Source of the DNA: Trichinella spiralis
Taxonomy: Eukaryota
DNA: 64,000 nt
Assembly: GCF_000181795.1 (NCBI RefSeq)
Contig: NW_003526948.1
Location: 430,352 to 494,351, forward strand
Direction: 5' to 3'
The notes under the pieces were generated by a model. It saw only the letters and a list, made by a program, of their open reading frames with translations, ran no database searches and had not been told where the DNA came from. This document shows, in pieces, positions 41,801-53,831 of this stretch (within the stretch, counting starts at the first letter, position 1; every line of letters begins with the position of its first letter). A program made the translations under genes and the position numbers.

Positions 41801-44800
41801 TTTATGGAGCTTGCCTCTAGTAGCACAACAGTAATTGTTACGCAAACTAGACGATTCGATTGATGTTCTAGTGCAAGTGTACCCAACTGGGCAGCTGAAA
41901 GAATAACCATCACATACCCTAAATTGACCTGTTCCAGGTTCTTTGAAAGGTTCGCCTCCTTCCGGACAGCCTAAAAATAACTTTGTTTTAATATGTTGCA
42001 TAACAGCTTGTCAATACTTGTTCGGAAAAAAATATATTTTTTATTATTCATTAATTTATTTATGTATAACATCAAAATATTGATAATTTTATAGAGGCAT
42101 CGAAACACAAGCATGACAATTACAGACATCTGCTGCCTATTCTATTAAAAATGAAATCAAACCGATTAAAACTATGCACGGATACCTCCAACATGACAGT
42201 AATCTTGGCAATCAATTCGGGTGGCAAAATTGTTGGAGTTTCCGTCACAGCCATTATACCGAAACGTTTCACATTTTTTACTTCCTGAATTATAATGCCA
42301 ACGTGAAACTGGAGTGCCAGAGCAAAGAGTTCCAGCGTCAACCGGATCAATGCTGCATGTTTTCTCTGAACATTATAATGTAAAACTGACATATATGAAA
42401 TAATTAAGTTACGCCTTGTCGGACAGCATCCAAACCGCCGACCATCATAGTGACAAAAATAGTCTGCCGGGCAGGAGTAAGAATTAGAACTGCCTCCGCA
42501 CTCTGCATATGCACCAGAACTTTCCATAAAAGCAAACCCTTGTGGACATTTGGGCTCAACTGAAAAGCTCTGCATTATGGATTCAAAATTAACATAGCAG
42601 TTTAAAGTATTACATATAAAACATTAATAATATGTAATATATAATATATATTAAATTAATGAATAAGTATTTGCTTGCACTCAAAAATATTTTGGTTAAT
42701 TTTCAATTAGTAAACTGCTGATTTATTATCCATCAATATCCCGTTAAAGTTGCGTACTTGCTGACTGGCCGCAATATGATAGACACTGTTCATATGAATT
42801 GAAGTTGTTGAAATTTCCTTGACATCCAGAGTAGAAAAAGCGTTCACAACTTCTTGATTTTGAATTGAAATACCAACGCTCAGCATAGTTGGCACAAGCT
42901 CCTACCGCCTGCTCTTGATTGCAGACGAATTCTAAATGAAAATTCTTCAATCATTTATCTGTTTACATGAATTTACTTTATAATCTACAAATTAATGAAT
43001 CATTATTCTAATGAAAAAGTATTTTTTATAATTTTTGCTTTAATTAATTTTAATTTAATTCAAAATTAGAAAAAAAATAAAAATATTTCTTGAAAATAAT
43101 TTTACTCTTTATTTTGCTTACAAGCAAAACACTTTTATCTTAAGTTTGTCATTTTACCTCTAGACGGACAGCAGTATCCATCGTTTGTGCATTCATAACG
43201 AACAGGACAAATTCCGCTTCCGCCAACACCGCATGTTATTAATGAATTGCCGTTATCTCTGAGTGGCTCTCCAGCTGGACAAATAGCTGAAACCGTAAGT
43301 GAATTTAAACAGACAGCTTTAAAATCTGAGAATACAATAAAAGAAAATTACTTTTCGAGCAGAACTGCTTGCATTCTGATTCAGAATCAAAATTGTTAAA
43401 ATTTCCTGCTTGTCCGTTGTATGTGAACGGTAAACACTGGCGTTTATCACTATCATAATAATATCTAAAACAAGTTGCTTCAAAATTAAGAATTTGCTAT
43501 TCCAAATCATCATTAATCAAATTTCACCTTTGTTTTGGCGTGACACCAGCACCTGCAAGACCTGGATCAAAAGAAGTAGGTGGTATTACATAAGTAGTTG
43601 AGCCGGTTGGCAAGCCACCCTCTTGACTGCAGATAAACGCTGCAATATAGTTTTACAGATTTTCAATTTTAGGGAATACTTTTAATTAACTTACAAGGCC
43701 TAGGACAGCAATAGTTTTCTACAGACCCACCGACAGCTTGGTTGGCATGGCAGTAGAAGTTAGAATCATGTGCACAGGTCCTACTCACAGAGCAAGTAAC
43801 TCGTGAATCTTTGGGAACTCGATCAGCTATGTTTCCAGGACTATAAAGGGGCTGGCCACGTGGACAACCTGTATAAAAATGTAATTACTGCTAACCTGTG
43901 ACATTACAGTATGTTGTATGCAATTTAATTGATAAATGAATAATCATATGGAAGCATTAGGGCACACACCTGTTTTGCAGTAACTTTCACATTGACTTTT
44001 TGTCTCAAAATTATTTGCATTTCCGCCTCCGCCTCGGTAAGAAAAGAGGTCACAGCTAGAAGTCATCGAATTGTAGTACCAACGGTCAACAGTAATTCCA
44101 GTAAACACTCCTTCATCTCGCGGCATGATGCAAGCTAGCGCTAAAAAAATATATTTATAGCCAGCAAAGCTGAGAAAATTCTAATAATAGCGCAGAAGCG
44201 TCACCTCGACTAGGACAGCAAAAAGTACTTCGAGTGCATGCACTTCCAGAGGACAGTGATGGAGGATTACAAAGGCAGTCATAAGTCGGTGGGCAGTAAT
44301 CATCACTGCCATCTGAACATGGGGTTTCATACCCGTCGACGCCTTTAAGCTTTGAATAAATTCCATTTGTTGGGCAAGAACCTAAATTTAAACAGATTAT
44401 ACATATATTCTAGTAAATGTTTTAACTTTTTATTTATTTACCTGGAAATGTACAGACTGTACCGTCTCTGGTTCTTTGAGGTGGCTGACCGTCGGGGCAT
44501 TTGCATATACTATCAGATGAACAGTAAGCGCCAGGCCACACAGAATTACACTGCTCTTCATATGTGCAGCCACTTTGTCCAGGATTAATTTCTTCATTTT
44601 ACAAGCACACAATTACAGTTAATCATAAATGACGGTCATTTTAATCATATTCAAAATGTTATATCATTCCACATTAAAAGCATAATTGAAATAAATAATC
44701 TTGCATTTTAAAAATCACATTAAAATATTATTATTTAGCAATTACTTTTGTAACAAAATCCATTGATATTGACAAACGACGGAAGACAAGCACACCGCTT

Positions 44801-45901
44801 TGTTGTGTCGCAATATGTTCCACCGTCTGTAGTTTGACAGTCAATATTTTCATTGCATGGAACACCAACAATGGCATCTAAAATTTTGTAAAAAATATTA
44901 TCTTCTATTCAAAAATTAGAGCTACATAATATTTACATATTTGGCGTTTTATTCGCGAGTGAACAGAACCCGCTTCACAATTTCCAGTCTGTTCATTGAA
45001 AATGAAATTCTCACCACAGTCACCTATTTCGATTTCTCTGAAGCAGCAAAAATGTTAACTAATACAAACGTATAGAAGAAACAGCCATAATATTTCAGTT
45101 CAGAAATTATATCAATAAAAATTTGTGAAATAATAAATATTATGCAAAAGCGCATTTTTCAAATTGATATTCTATGCATAATACTTTATAAATTATATAA
45201 AAATGAATGCTTTTTGAGCACCAGATATTATAAGTAAATTGCTAGTATTATATATAATGAGCATTTTGGAATTGCTTTAGTCTCTGAAGCAGAGCTTACT
45301 ACCATTTCGAAGTGAGTTGAACTCTTGACCTTCAGGTTATATGGATTATAGAAATATTTTTGAACATAAATGAAAAATTCAAATAAAGTTTATATGAAAG
45401 AAATCCATTGGAATATATCGGTAAAATATTATTTATAAAGAAAATTATATGCAATTTACAAAATTTAAATGTGACAAATTTATTGTTCTTATCAAAGTGA
45501 GTGCATAAAAATCCAAAAAGTAAAATATCCCTTTTAAGCACTTCAGTTGTAAAAAACTCATCACTGGAACATTCAAATTTAAGAATAGAAAAGGAACTTG
45601 CATCTTAGCAACACTAAATATTGCTGTACATAATTGTTTTGCTTTATTTTCTTTCAGCGTTTTGTTTGTGTTAAGCAGATTATGATGCTTTGTTCAGACA
45701 GCTAACATTCTGAAACGTGATTAGCTCGACTTTGACTTCGTTTGTATAAAGAGAAGCACTTGGTAGCAAAGTGTACTTTGACTGACTAGACGAAGTTTTT
45801 GCATGATTACCTGTTCTTGTTGCAGAACATGTACATACTTTGTTGGGACTTCACTGCGACCGTTTGAAATGTGTTTGGATCGCATTTCTTTTGTTGCAAA
45901 T
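38890..45901 (-). CDS. Multidomain extracellular protein: chitin-binding-like module, EB modules, 5 Kunitz/BPTI domains interleaved with Lustrin/WR1 repeats, C-terminal EB module
   Basis: More than 20 mostly phase-1 exons. EB motif [25 protein letters not shown]; Kunitz motifs GNANNF, GNFNNF (twice), GNSNNF, GNRNNF; stop TGA at 38890-38892. Start codon upstream of 45901 not resolved. Confidence 0.85.
40433..40490. repeat. (ATTAT)n intronic pentamer microsatellite
   Basis: Directly visible. Confidence 0.9.
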
Positions 45902-48591
45902 CTAAAAAGTATGCAGATTTCAATAATCAGTTCTTAATTAATTAATTTTTTCAATGATCATTTGTTTCATCCGCATTAAATTGCAATGCTACTAAATGTG
46001 GTGAGCTAGAAATAATTTTACCAGTATAATTACAAAAAATGCTACATAATTTCTTAGAGCTTTGGTTTGGAAAAACTAGACTTCAAGAATGCAGATGAGG
46101 AAATGACAGAAGAGCTTGGCTCGCCGAGTGCGCAAACAGTTACCGCAAACAAGACTTGTCCTCAGTTCTATATGAGCACGTCAAGCAAGCTAACTTTATG
46201 CTGACACTAGAGGTCGTCGTTTACTGGGTTCAGTCAGCACTGGCATAACTATTTCTTCGAACTCAAAGTTACCATTAGTCATTACTCACTGTCCAGTCAT
46301 TCAATAATTTACAGACAGTTGATTTTAAAATTGATATTCACCATTAGCACAGCTATAATAATGAAGTAATGACGACCCTTTAAGCTGATACTGCTGAAAA
46401 GAAAGAATTTTGCATTTAACTATTCCTAAAGAAATATAAATTTTATTTGGATAATATGAATTGTGTTTATTGATAAAATGAATTCGTAAATTTCAAAGTA
46501 TCTGTTTTAACAATAAACGTCTTTTGAATTTATAAGCATCATTAGTGGAATAAGCAAAAGCAAGCAGTGTTTGCCAAGAATGCAATGGACTGAAATTATT
46601 CAATATTTAATTTATGCATATGTATGCGTGGGGTGTGCAGAAGCATTAATGGCATTTTAAACAGTGGATTGAAACTGTACAAATTGAAAAGCCTACCGGC
46701 ATTGACCAGAACGTAATGAAGCAGTAAAATTGCTTTGAGTAAATCCATTTGATAAAAATAACAAAGTGGTGCTGCTAATTGGGCATAAAAGTGAACCCAG
46801 AATAAAGACAGACTGGCAAAATAGCGGCTTCACCGTCGGATGTTAAAGAGCAGATTTTGTCGAGCAACTGTTTGTTGCTATCTTGCGATCACCGACGAAA
46901 CAGGATTTCAACGACCGGCTTTGATAGTGCATGTGTAAAGCAATTATTGACTTTTGAATTCAAAGGCCAAAGTACTGACCGGTCTGGCTGAATGGGCGCA
47001 AAAAACGGATGCAGGCTTTGCCCAGCTTACTGAAGCTTATTTACCAAACTGACTGAAAGTCAAACAAACACTGGTACTCTCACGGATCTCAGTTCCGCAG
47101 GCGGCGGGGGCAGGCCTGAAATACTTGAAAACACTGCAAGTAGCAAGTAGTTTGGCTTACTCAACTTTACCGACACTAGAATTCAGCAAAGCGCTTGCCA
47201 GTACAAAATTATTTACGCTATTCAATATTAAACACCCTCATCCTCCATCCTGGATTATTATGTTGCTTAAAATCAATCAGTATGCAACAATTCCAATAAA
47301 TTTCTAAACTTTTCTTTTTTTCTTGTTCTTAAATATCAAAAATGTCATTTATCATATGTATACTATAATTTCCATGCAGTTGTATAATAAGCGTTATGCA
47401 CTTTGGAACAAGTAATTCAACTGCATGTTTTGCACTTTATAATTTCACATTAACATCTTTAAAGAAAACAGCAGAGTTATTGAAAGGACGGAACAACAAA
47501 TCGACGCAGTCAAAAGCAGTCTAAACTAAACAGAATTGTTATTTCAAATAATTAATTTTTATTTTATTTAAGCACAACATTTACTACAAATAAAGTTGTA
47601 CATTCTGCATTGAACTTGATTTGTGAAAATTCAAAAAAAGAAAATTATCTACTTACAGCATAAATTTGTTTTTCATTGTTGAATGCATTGTTTGAAAAGA
47701 AATAGAATACTGTGCATTTCATTTCATTGCTTAATATCAGTTATGAGATAAAATTTTGCAACAACAAACGTTTGCAAGAATAAAAAATTGTTTCCAATCA
47801 CATAACCCAATAAATAAATAAATACATAATGCAATTAGTGTTTCATTCATGGTTTGCAATGGCTGGGCTCTTTAATGTCCAATGCACTTCGCATTCGTTT
47901 GTTTAACCATTCATTTATGGGAGTGGCTTTGGCAGAGTCCTAACAGTGAGCACAATCGCACAAAAGATTTTTCAAAAATTTCATGTTGCTGTCGCATTAT
48001 TTTTCTGGAAAACTTTGCAATATGAAATTTTCGTGAGAAGCAATGTATGCATGGCTTTTGCGATTGTCAACCGATACGATCTTCAGTTTTCAACCAAACA
48101 TTTTGTGTATATGAACTTGATTTTCTTTAAATATAGTATGATAAATTGAAAAATCTGCAAATATTTTTAAAAATTGTGAAAACATCTGTAGCACTGTTGT
48201 TTTTTATTTTTTATACCAATAATCATTTAACAATAGCACTAATAACATTAAACCAATATTTTAATTTCTCAAAAATGCTTAAACGTGCGACAGAAACTTT
48301 AAACAATGAACTTTAAAAGGCTGTTGATTGACCTGAATTTGTTCTACAGTGTTAATTTTTCTGTAAATGTACTTATAAAAAACTAGGCATTTTTCAAACC
48401 GCTGAATATTCATATTTTTCTAAAAGTTTACTTCAGTTGAATTTCTGATGGTAAACTTTATTTGATTAGAAGCGAAATATTTATTGTTTAATAAAGTCTC
48501 GTTAATACTTTCATCAGTTTCAGATGCAGTTTTTTTTCATTTATCTAGAAATCATCACATATTTGATATTTACACAGAATATTTTTAGACA

Positions 48592-49073
48592 ATGCTGATG
48601 GCGGTGACTAAAGTTTTACTCGTCGTGTCAGTAATCTGGTTACTTATGGGACGAAGTGCTGATGGGGGTTGCCCGGTTTCCAGCACGAGGGATAATTATG
48701 GAGGAAGAAAATTAGAAGATGGTGGGTGTCTAACAGTAGTCGATATGTTCGAAGTCAAAAAATTCTATGGACAAGTCACTATTGTTGATTTACATCGATT
48801 TTGTGCGAGATCCTTCAAAGGCGGAAAACTACTGTCTTTCACTGATTCTCAGAAATTGCAAATGCTTGATGGTGTCAATTTTAAACAAGCTGTAGCATCG
48901 AATATTCTAATACACCCTGGGTCTGAATCTTTGAAACCAATATTACAATGAAGCAAAATGTTCATGTTGAAAAGTGCGGGCAAACAGAGAGACTATCATG
49001 TGATGGTTATCCGTATGAATACATATTTAACGGAAATGGTACAGTTGACGATATGCGTGGTATTAATTATTAA
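48592..49073 (+). pseudogene. Secreted C-type-lectin-like protein, truncated or frameshifted
   Basis: Signal peptide MLMAVTKVLLVVSVIWLLMGRSADG; CTLD-like N-half (GC...FCARSFKGGKLLSF); stop at 48949-48951, with a Cys-containing -1 frame open 48927-49073. Confidence 0.4.
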
Positions 49074-51510
49074 CATCATTTGATCATAAGTTTGATATTT
49101 CAGAGCATTCCAATTATTTAATCGTAAAGTGAAATAAATTTGTTATTAACTGTTTTGATGATTTGTTTATTGTGAATTTTTAATATAAAGGAGGAAAAAT
49201 CATCTTTCTTATTGCTGACAGTGGCAAGTGATATAGTTATACATTTTTCACGTATATTAAGTGTTGGATAGCATATCAGTGTAAATAAAATCGGGCAACA
49301 TAGATAAGGAAACAAACAATTGAAGGATCGTTCGATCTGTGTGCAGAGTGAAGTACGGGCGCCTGTGCTCTTTGATGCTTTTCCAATCTATTATTATAAT
49401 TTGCCGTTGATTTGCTTGATTGTTTGATAATCACTTTCTCTTAAGCAAAGGATGAGTCTATTTCGTCATTAGCAGTCTGTTTCACAGCTATGAGCTGTTA
49501 GCAGTTTTAAATTTGAATTGGATTGCTGCTTCATTAATAGCTGCCGACCTAATTCTGCAATCCGCCACTGTCGTAACAGCAGCATTGCTTTGCTAAATCC
49601 ATGGTCCACATTGGTGTTTTTGCTTTGTCATCTTGTCGCTGATTCTTATAACACTGTCTCCTGCCTCGCAACATGCCATGCAGTAAGTACTTCGTCGAAG
49701 TTGCAATTTTCGGCGGTTTATAAAATTACATTACGCAATGTCGTAACGCTTTGATTGTGAAATTGTGATATTTATGCAATGTGTGATATTCATAAGTTTC
49801 TACCGGTGCAGACTTAGAAAGTGTTCCTCATTCGCTTTTCTCGCATGTTCATCAAAGAATTAATTAATATCAAATACCAATCATCGTATCCATTGCATGA
49901 ATAATATCTAAAATAATATGCTGAGCGGTATCTTCATTTCCTCTACTTTTCCATTAAAAGCATTATCATGAAAGTGAACTTTTTTCAAACTTTCTACTCA
50001 TCAAGCACTCTGTCCTTGATGAATGGCTACAGTTTCAACTTGGCGTGACCATTCATTTGAGTTTAGATCTCATCCTCGTCATCACAAGTATCAAGTTGAT
50101 CAGTTAATAATGGTGCCAGTGCAGAATAAATATTTAATAGACCAAATAAAAAAGCAAAATAACTGTATGCAGCTACAATATCGATCAAATCACAAAACAA
50201 ATGTGCAGCGTTATTCTGAGAGCCAACACACTTCTCCCAGCACAGAAGCCAAATATTCGCATGTCTCAGGCAATTCTTAGCTTTCAGACCTTGTTTACGC
50301 TAAATAGGCTGTATCAGCTTAATAAATGATTATGTTGGAAATGGCTGATAAGGCTGACGTGGAAAAGTATCATTGTCTAAAATTCCTTCTTAAATTATGC
50401 ATTTTAGCAATAGCTATCATGAAAATCTGAATAAATTATTTGCATTGTTCTAAGGAAAAATTCATCGATTTAATCATTATATTTATTCAAAACTAATTTT
50501 GGAACGTGCATGTCAATGCTTATTTCGTCATTAAAAACCAAATCAGTATCATAAAGGAAAATAAAAACCCTTTACTATTGTTCTACAACTGCACACTTTT
50601 GAAACAGTAAAGCAATTGTTTTTTTCATGTTTTTTTTCAACTGCAAACAGAAGGGAATGCAGGTAGTTTTATTTATAAAAAATGCTTAAAACCTACAGTA
50701 ATACCCAAAGTAATAACATCATGCAATGTTGAAAAGATATATTTGTGGGAACCATCCATTTTCCATCATTGATCTACAAAATTATTGGCTTTTTATATGC
50801 ATGTATGCATATTTTGTCTTCAGTGTACTGTTGCATTGCTTTCGATCAGTTTCGCTAAGCCATTCTTTTCAAACAGTAACGTGTCATTTTATTAATTTTC
50901 CAATGATTGTAGTGCACTAGTAATAGTTAGTCAATGTTTTCGAGGCGAAGAATGCAGATGTGGATGACGTAAAAATGATTTGTGTGCTCTTTGTTAGACG
51001 AGAGTGAACGTTTCATGAATATTCTTTTTTGCAACATATGCACTGTTAAAGTGATAATGATATAATAGCCTAGGTACAACAATCCTATGTGTGAGCCATC
51101 TGTTGACCATGCTTGAACATCACATGTGTTTGAATAAATAGTGCATCAAATAAATGTAAAATTATCTAATAATATGAAAGGCTAACAGCATGCAAATTTT
51201 GCACAATTTATATATTGGTACACTAAAAATTGTGCTTAATAAAGTAAGAAAGAATTTGTGAAGCTATAATTGTATGTGTTCTGTAAAACTGAACTGCTAT
51301 TAATGTGGGTCGTCATAAGCATGAAAAAATACGATGCTGATAGTAATCGGCTGAAGACGAGGCGACGAGACGAGGCAAATTTTTTTAGTAGTTGAAAATC
51401 AGAACATAAGTTTTTATAAATAATTGAACCAAATTATTTAAAATTTTTATTTAGAATTATAAAAATTCATAAAATGAGTAAAAATTATATTTTCTTTCTT
51501 AATTTTATTT

Positions 51511-52916
51511 TTATTCTCTAATATTTTTGTGTGAAGGTAATGAACTGCTTTTGGAGTCAAATAAACTGAAGTCGACATTGGAAATCTTCGACTGACAGTA
51601 TATAATATCTGAGTTTTTCTTTCGGTAGTCCAGCAAACTTTCTAGTGTTTTGTCAAATTTGAGGAACTTCTTAATCAATTTTCTGCATTCCGGATGTTTC
51701 AACTGAATCTAAATAATGGCCTTAAATTATATGACAACGAAATATTTAAGGAAATGAAATACTTGATGCACTAAGCACATCCCAAAGTTCCCTTCAAAGA
51801 TGTCGAATTCTTCAGGATAGGCAATTCTTCGTTTTGCGTTTAATCCAACTTTTAAGAACACTTCAAATCTTATTTGCGGAATTTTATTCAACACTAACTG
51901 TAAGTCGTATTCTGTGACTGTTATTGCAGTGATATCTGATAAAGGAATCTCCACATTTGCAATAACATTTTTTTTTGAATCGTTGGGCATTGTCATGCTT
52001 ATGACATAAATGAGCTCCCTTAAGTAGTTTAACTTATAACAATGAATAAAGAAGGTTTTTAAAGTAAAATCAGACCTTCGATATAGGACTACTTTTAGCA
52101 CAAAACTTGTGTCGACACATTGGCAATCGATGTGGTAATCACCAACGCTAAATGAACTGACTTCCAGTTTCATTTCTCTTAAAACTGCTGTTGATGTTTT
52201 CTTTCCATGAAACGTTCTTACTGTGTTTCGAATTTCTTGAAAAATAATGCCTGCCATTCAAACAATAATGTAACAAAAAATACTGACAGTAATACATTAT
52301 TAGTTCTTTTCTACTTTTTATTAAAGATTTGTTTTTTTATAACTGTCTTACTTTACATCACCACACGTGATTTTCAAATTTATATGACGGTTTTTACTTT
52401 CTGATTAAATCATAGCTATGGTTATTATTATACACTTTTATTTTATAAGTATTAAACAAAAAAATTACTAATTTAAAAGGATAATTGAATTAAAACTGTT
52501 CTGAGCAACTTACCATTTATTTTCTGATTATTCATTATAGCTGCGTTATTTACTTTAGTTTTACAGTCCAAATTTACATCAGATTTGTCAGGGCAGTTAT
52601 TGCTCATGGATTTTTGAATTAATTCTCCTTGGACTTTACCCAGTGATTTATTCGTTATTCTCACTTCTCCATGCTTATCAATTAAAGCACCAGGAACGTT
52701 CAGAGTTTTGTTTTTTTCTTCATTTTCAGTTTCATCATGGGAATGGTGATTCTGCTCTTTCCAAAAGCGTCTGATACTGTTTTCCACTTGAAGTGGCAGG
52801 AAGACACTTGCATTTTTGTAAGCCACGTATTGTTTATCAGCGCTGCTGTTTTCAAGATTGAAATTTTGTACATCTGCACAATCGTTCGTTGGATCCATGC
52901 TGAAATTGTTTTCCAT
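51511..52916 (-). CDS. Uncharacterised protein: low-complexity N-terminus plus a globular domain resembling the HOY1/Pho2-type PH-like domain
   Basis: Exons 52514-52916 (start tentative), 52076-52235, 51763-52018, 51511-51708 splice in frame with GT-AG sites. Confidence 0.7.
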
Positions 52917-53831
52917 TCGTTTTCTTTCTACTTCCAAACTTTCAGTGGTTTTCAATTTCTCTTGAAGGAGTTCGATTTTCTTCTATCAGACACCGCCGAT
53001 GAGCCTACAGCAATTTGATCTAAAAATAACTTATGCTTTTTGCTACGAAATCCTTTAATATTGTTCTACAATTGCACAGTAGCCTTTTTATGGTAAAGAA
53101 AAAGAAATTTCTATAACTTACTTAATGTTACGTACACTATTAGGGTTGCGCAAATTAAAATGAACGCAAATAATCAGTGTCGAAATTTCTTTAAAATAAT
53201 TGATTAAACTTTAAATAATTTAAGCGTGGTTTAAATTTTCACCTTAAAAGTGAGTATTGTAATGGTTTGATTATTTGATAACAAAATTTAGAAATGGATA
53301 AATAATTAATTTTAAGTTATTTTTTGGAATCATAAAAAAATTTACTTTACAAAGGGTATAGTTAAACACTAATGTTCATTGTTTAAATAACACTAATTAA
53401 CCAATTTATTGTAATGCATTAAATAAATAACCATTTAATGCAAAATAAGGCCGTGTTGATGAAATAATGGAATGAAAAATGTAAGAATTATCAGAAAAGC
53501 TCTTCTTGAAAACTTATTTTATATTTCAAAAAAGTCGTATGTTTCTATAAATATAAGATGCTTCTTTTATAATTCGACGCAGCAGCAAACTGTGGATTTG
53601 TTGTTTTCATATTTTGTCGCAAAACATTGTTCCACCAATGGTAGAGATTTAAAGAACTTGAACGGAAAAATAAGGAAAATGCATTTGTATGTGTGCAATG
53701 AATTCAGGAAACTTTCAAAAGTCTTCACAATGATATTTATTATTGCACAAAGATATATCATTTAAATATTCAAAAGTACTGTAATATTTTTTTCAAACGG
53801 CACCCAATATGTTATCATAAATAGCAATGTT

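Noticed and set aside
44430..44612. ORF with a signal-peptide-like MKSSVILCGLALTVHLIV as the gene start
   Set aside because: Shadow frame. The overlapping frame encodes an EB module ([12 protein letters not shown]) and gives the phase-1 splices needed on both sides
47040..47260. Exon-like GC-richer segments as the 5' end of the Kunitz/EB gene
   Set aside because: No open frame with a start codon and compatible splice phases could be built
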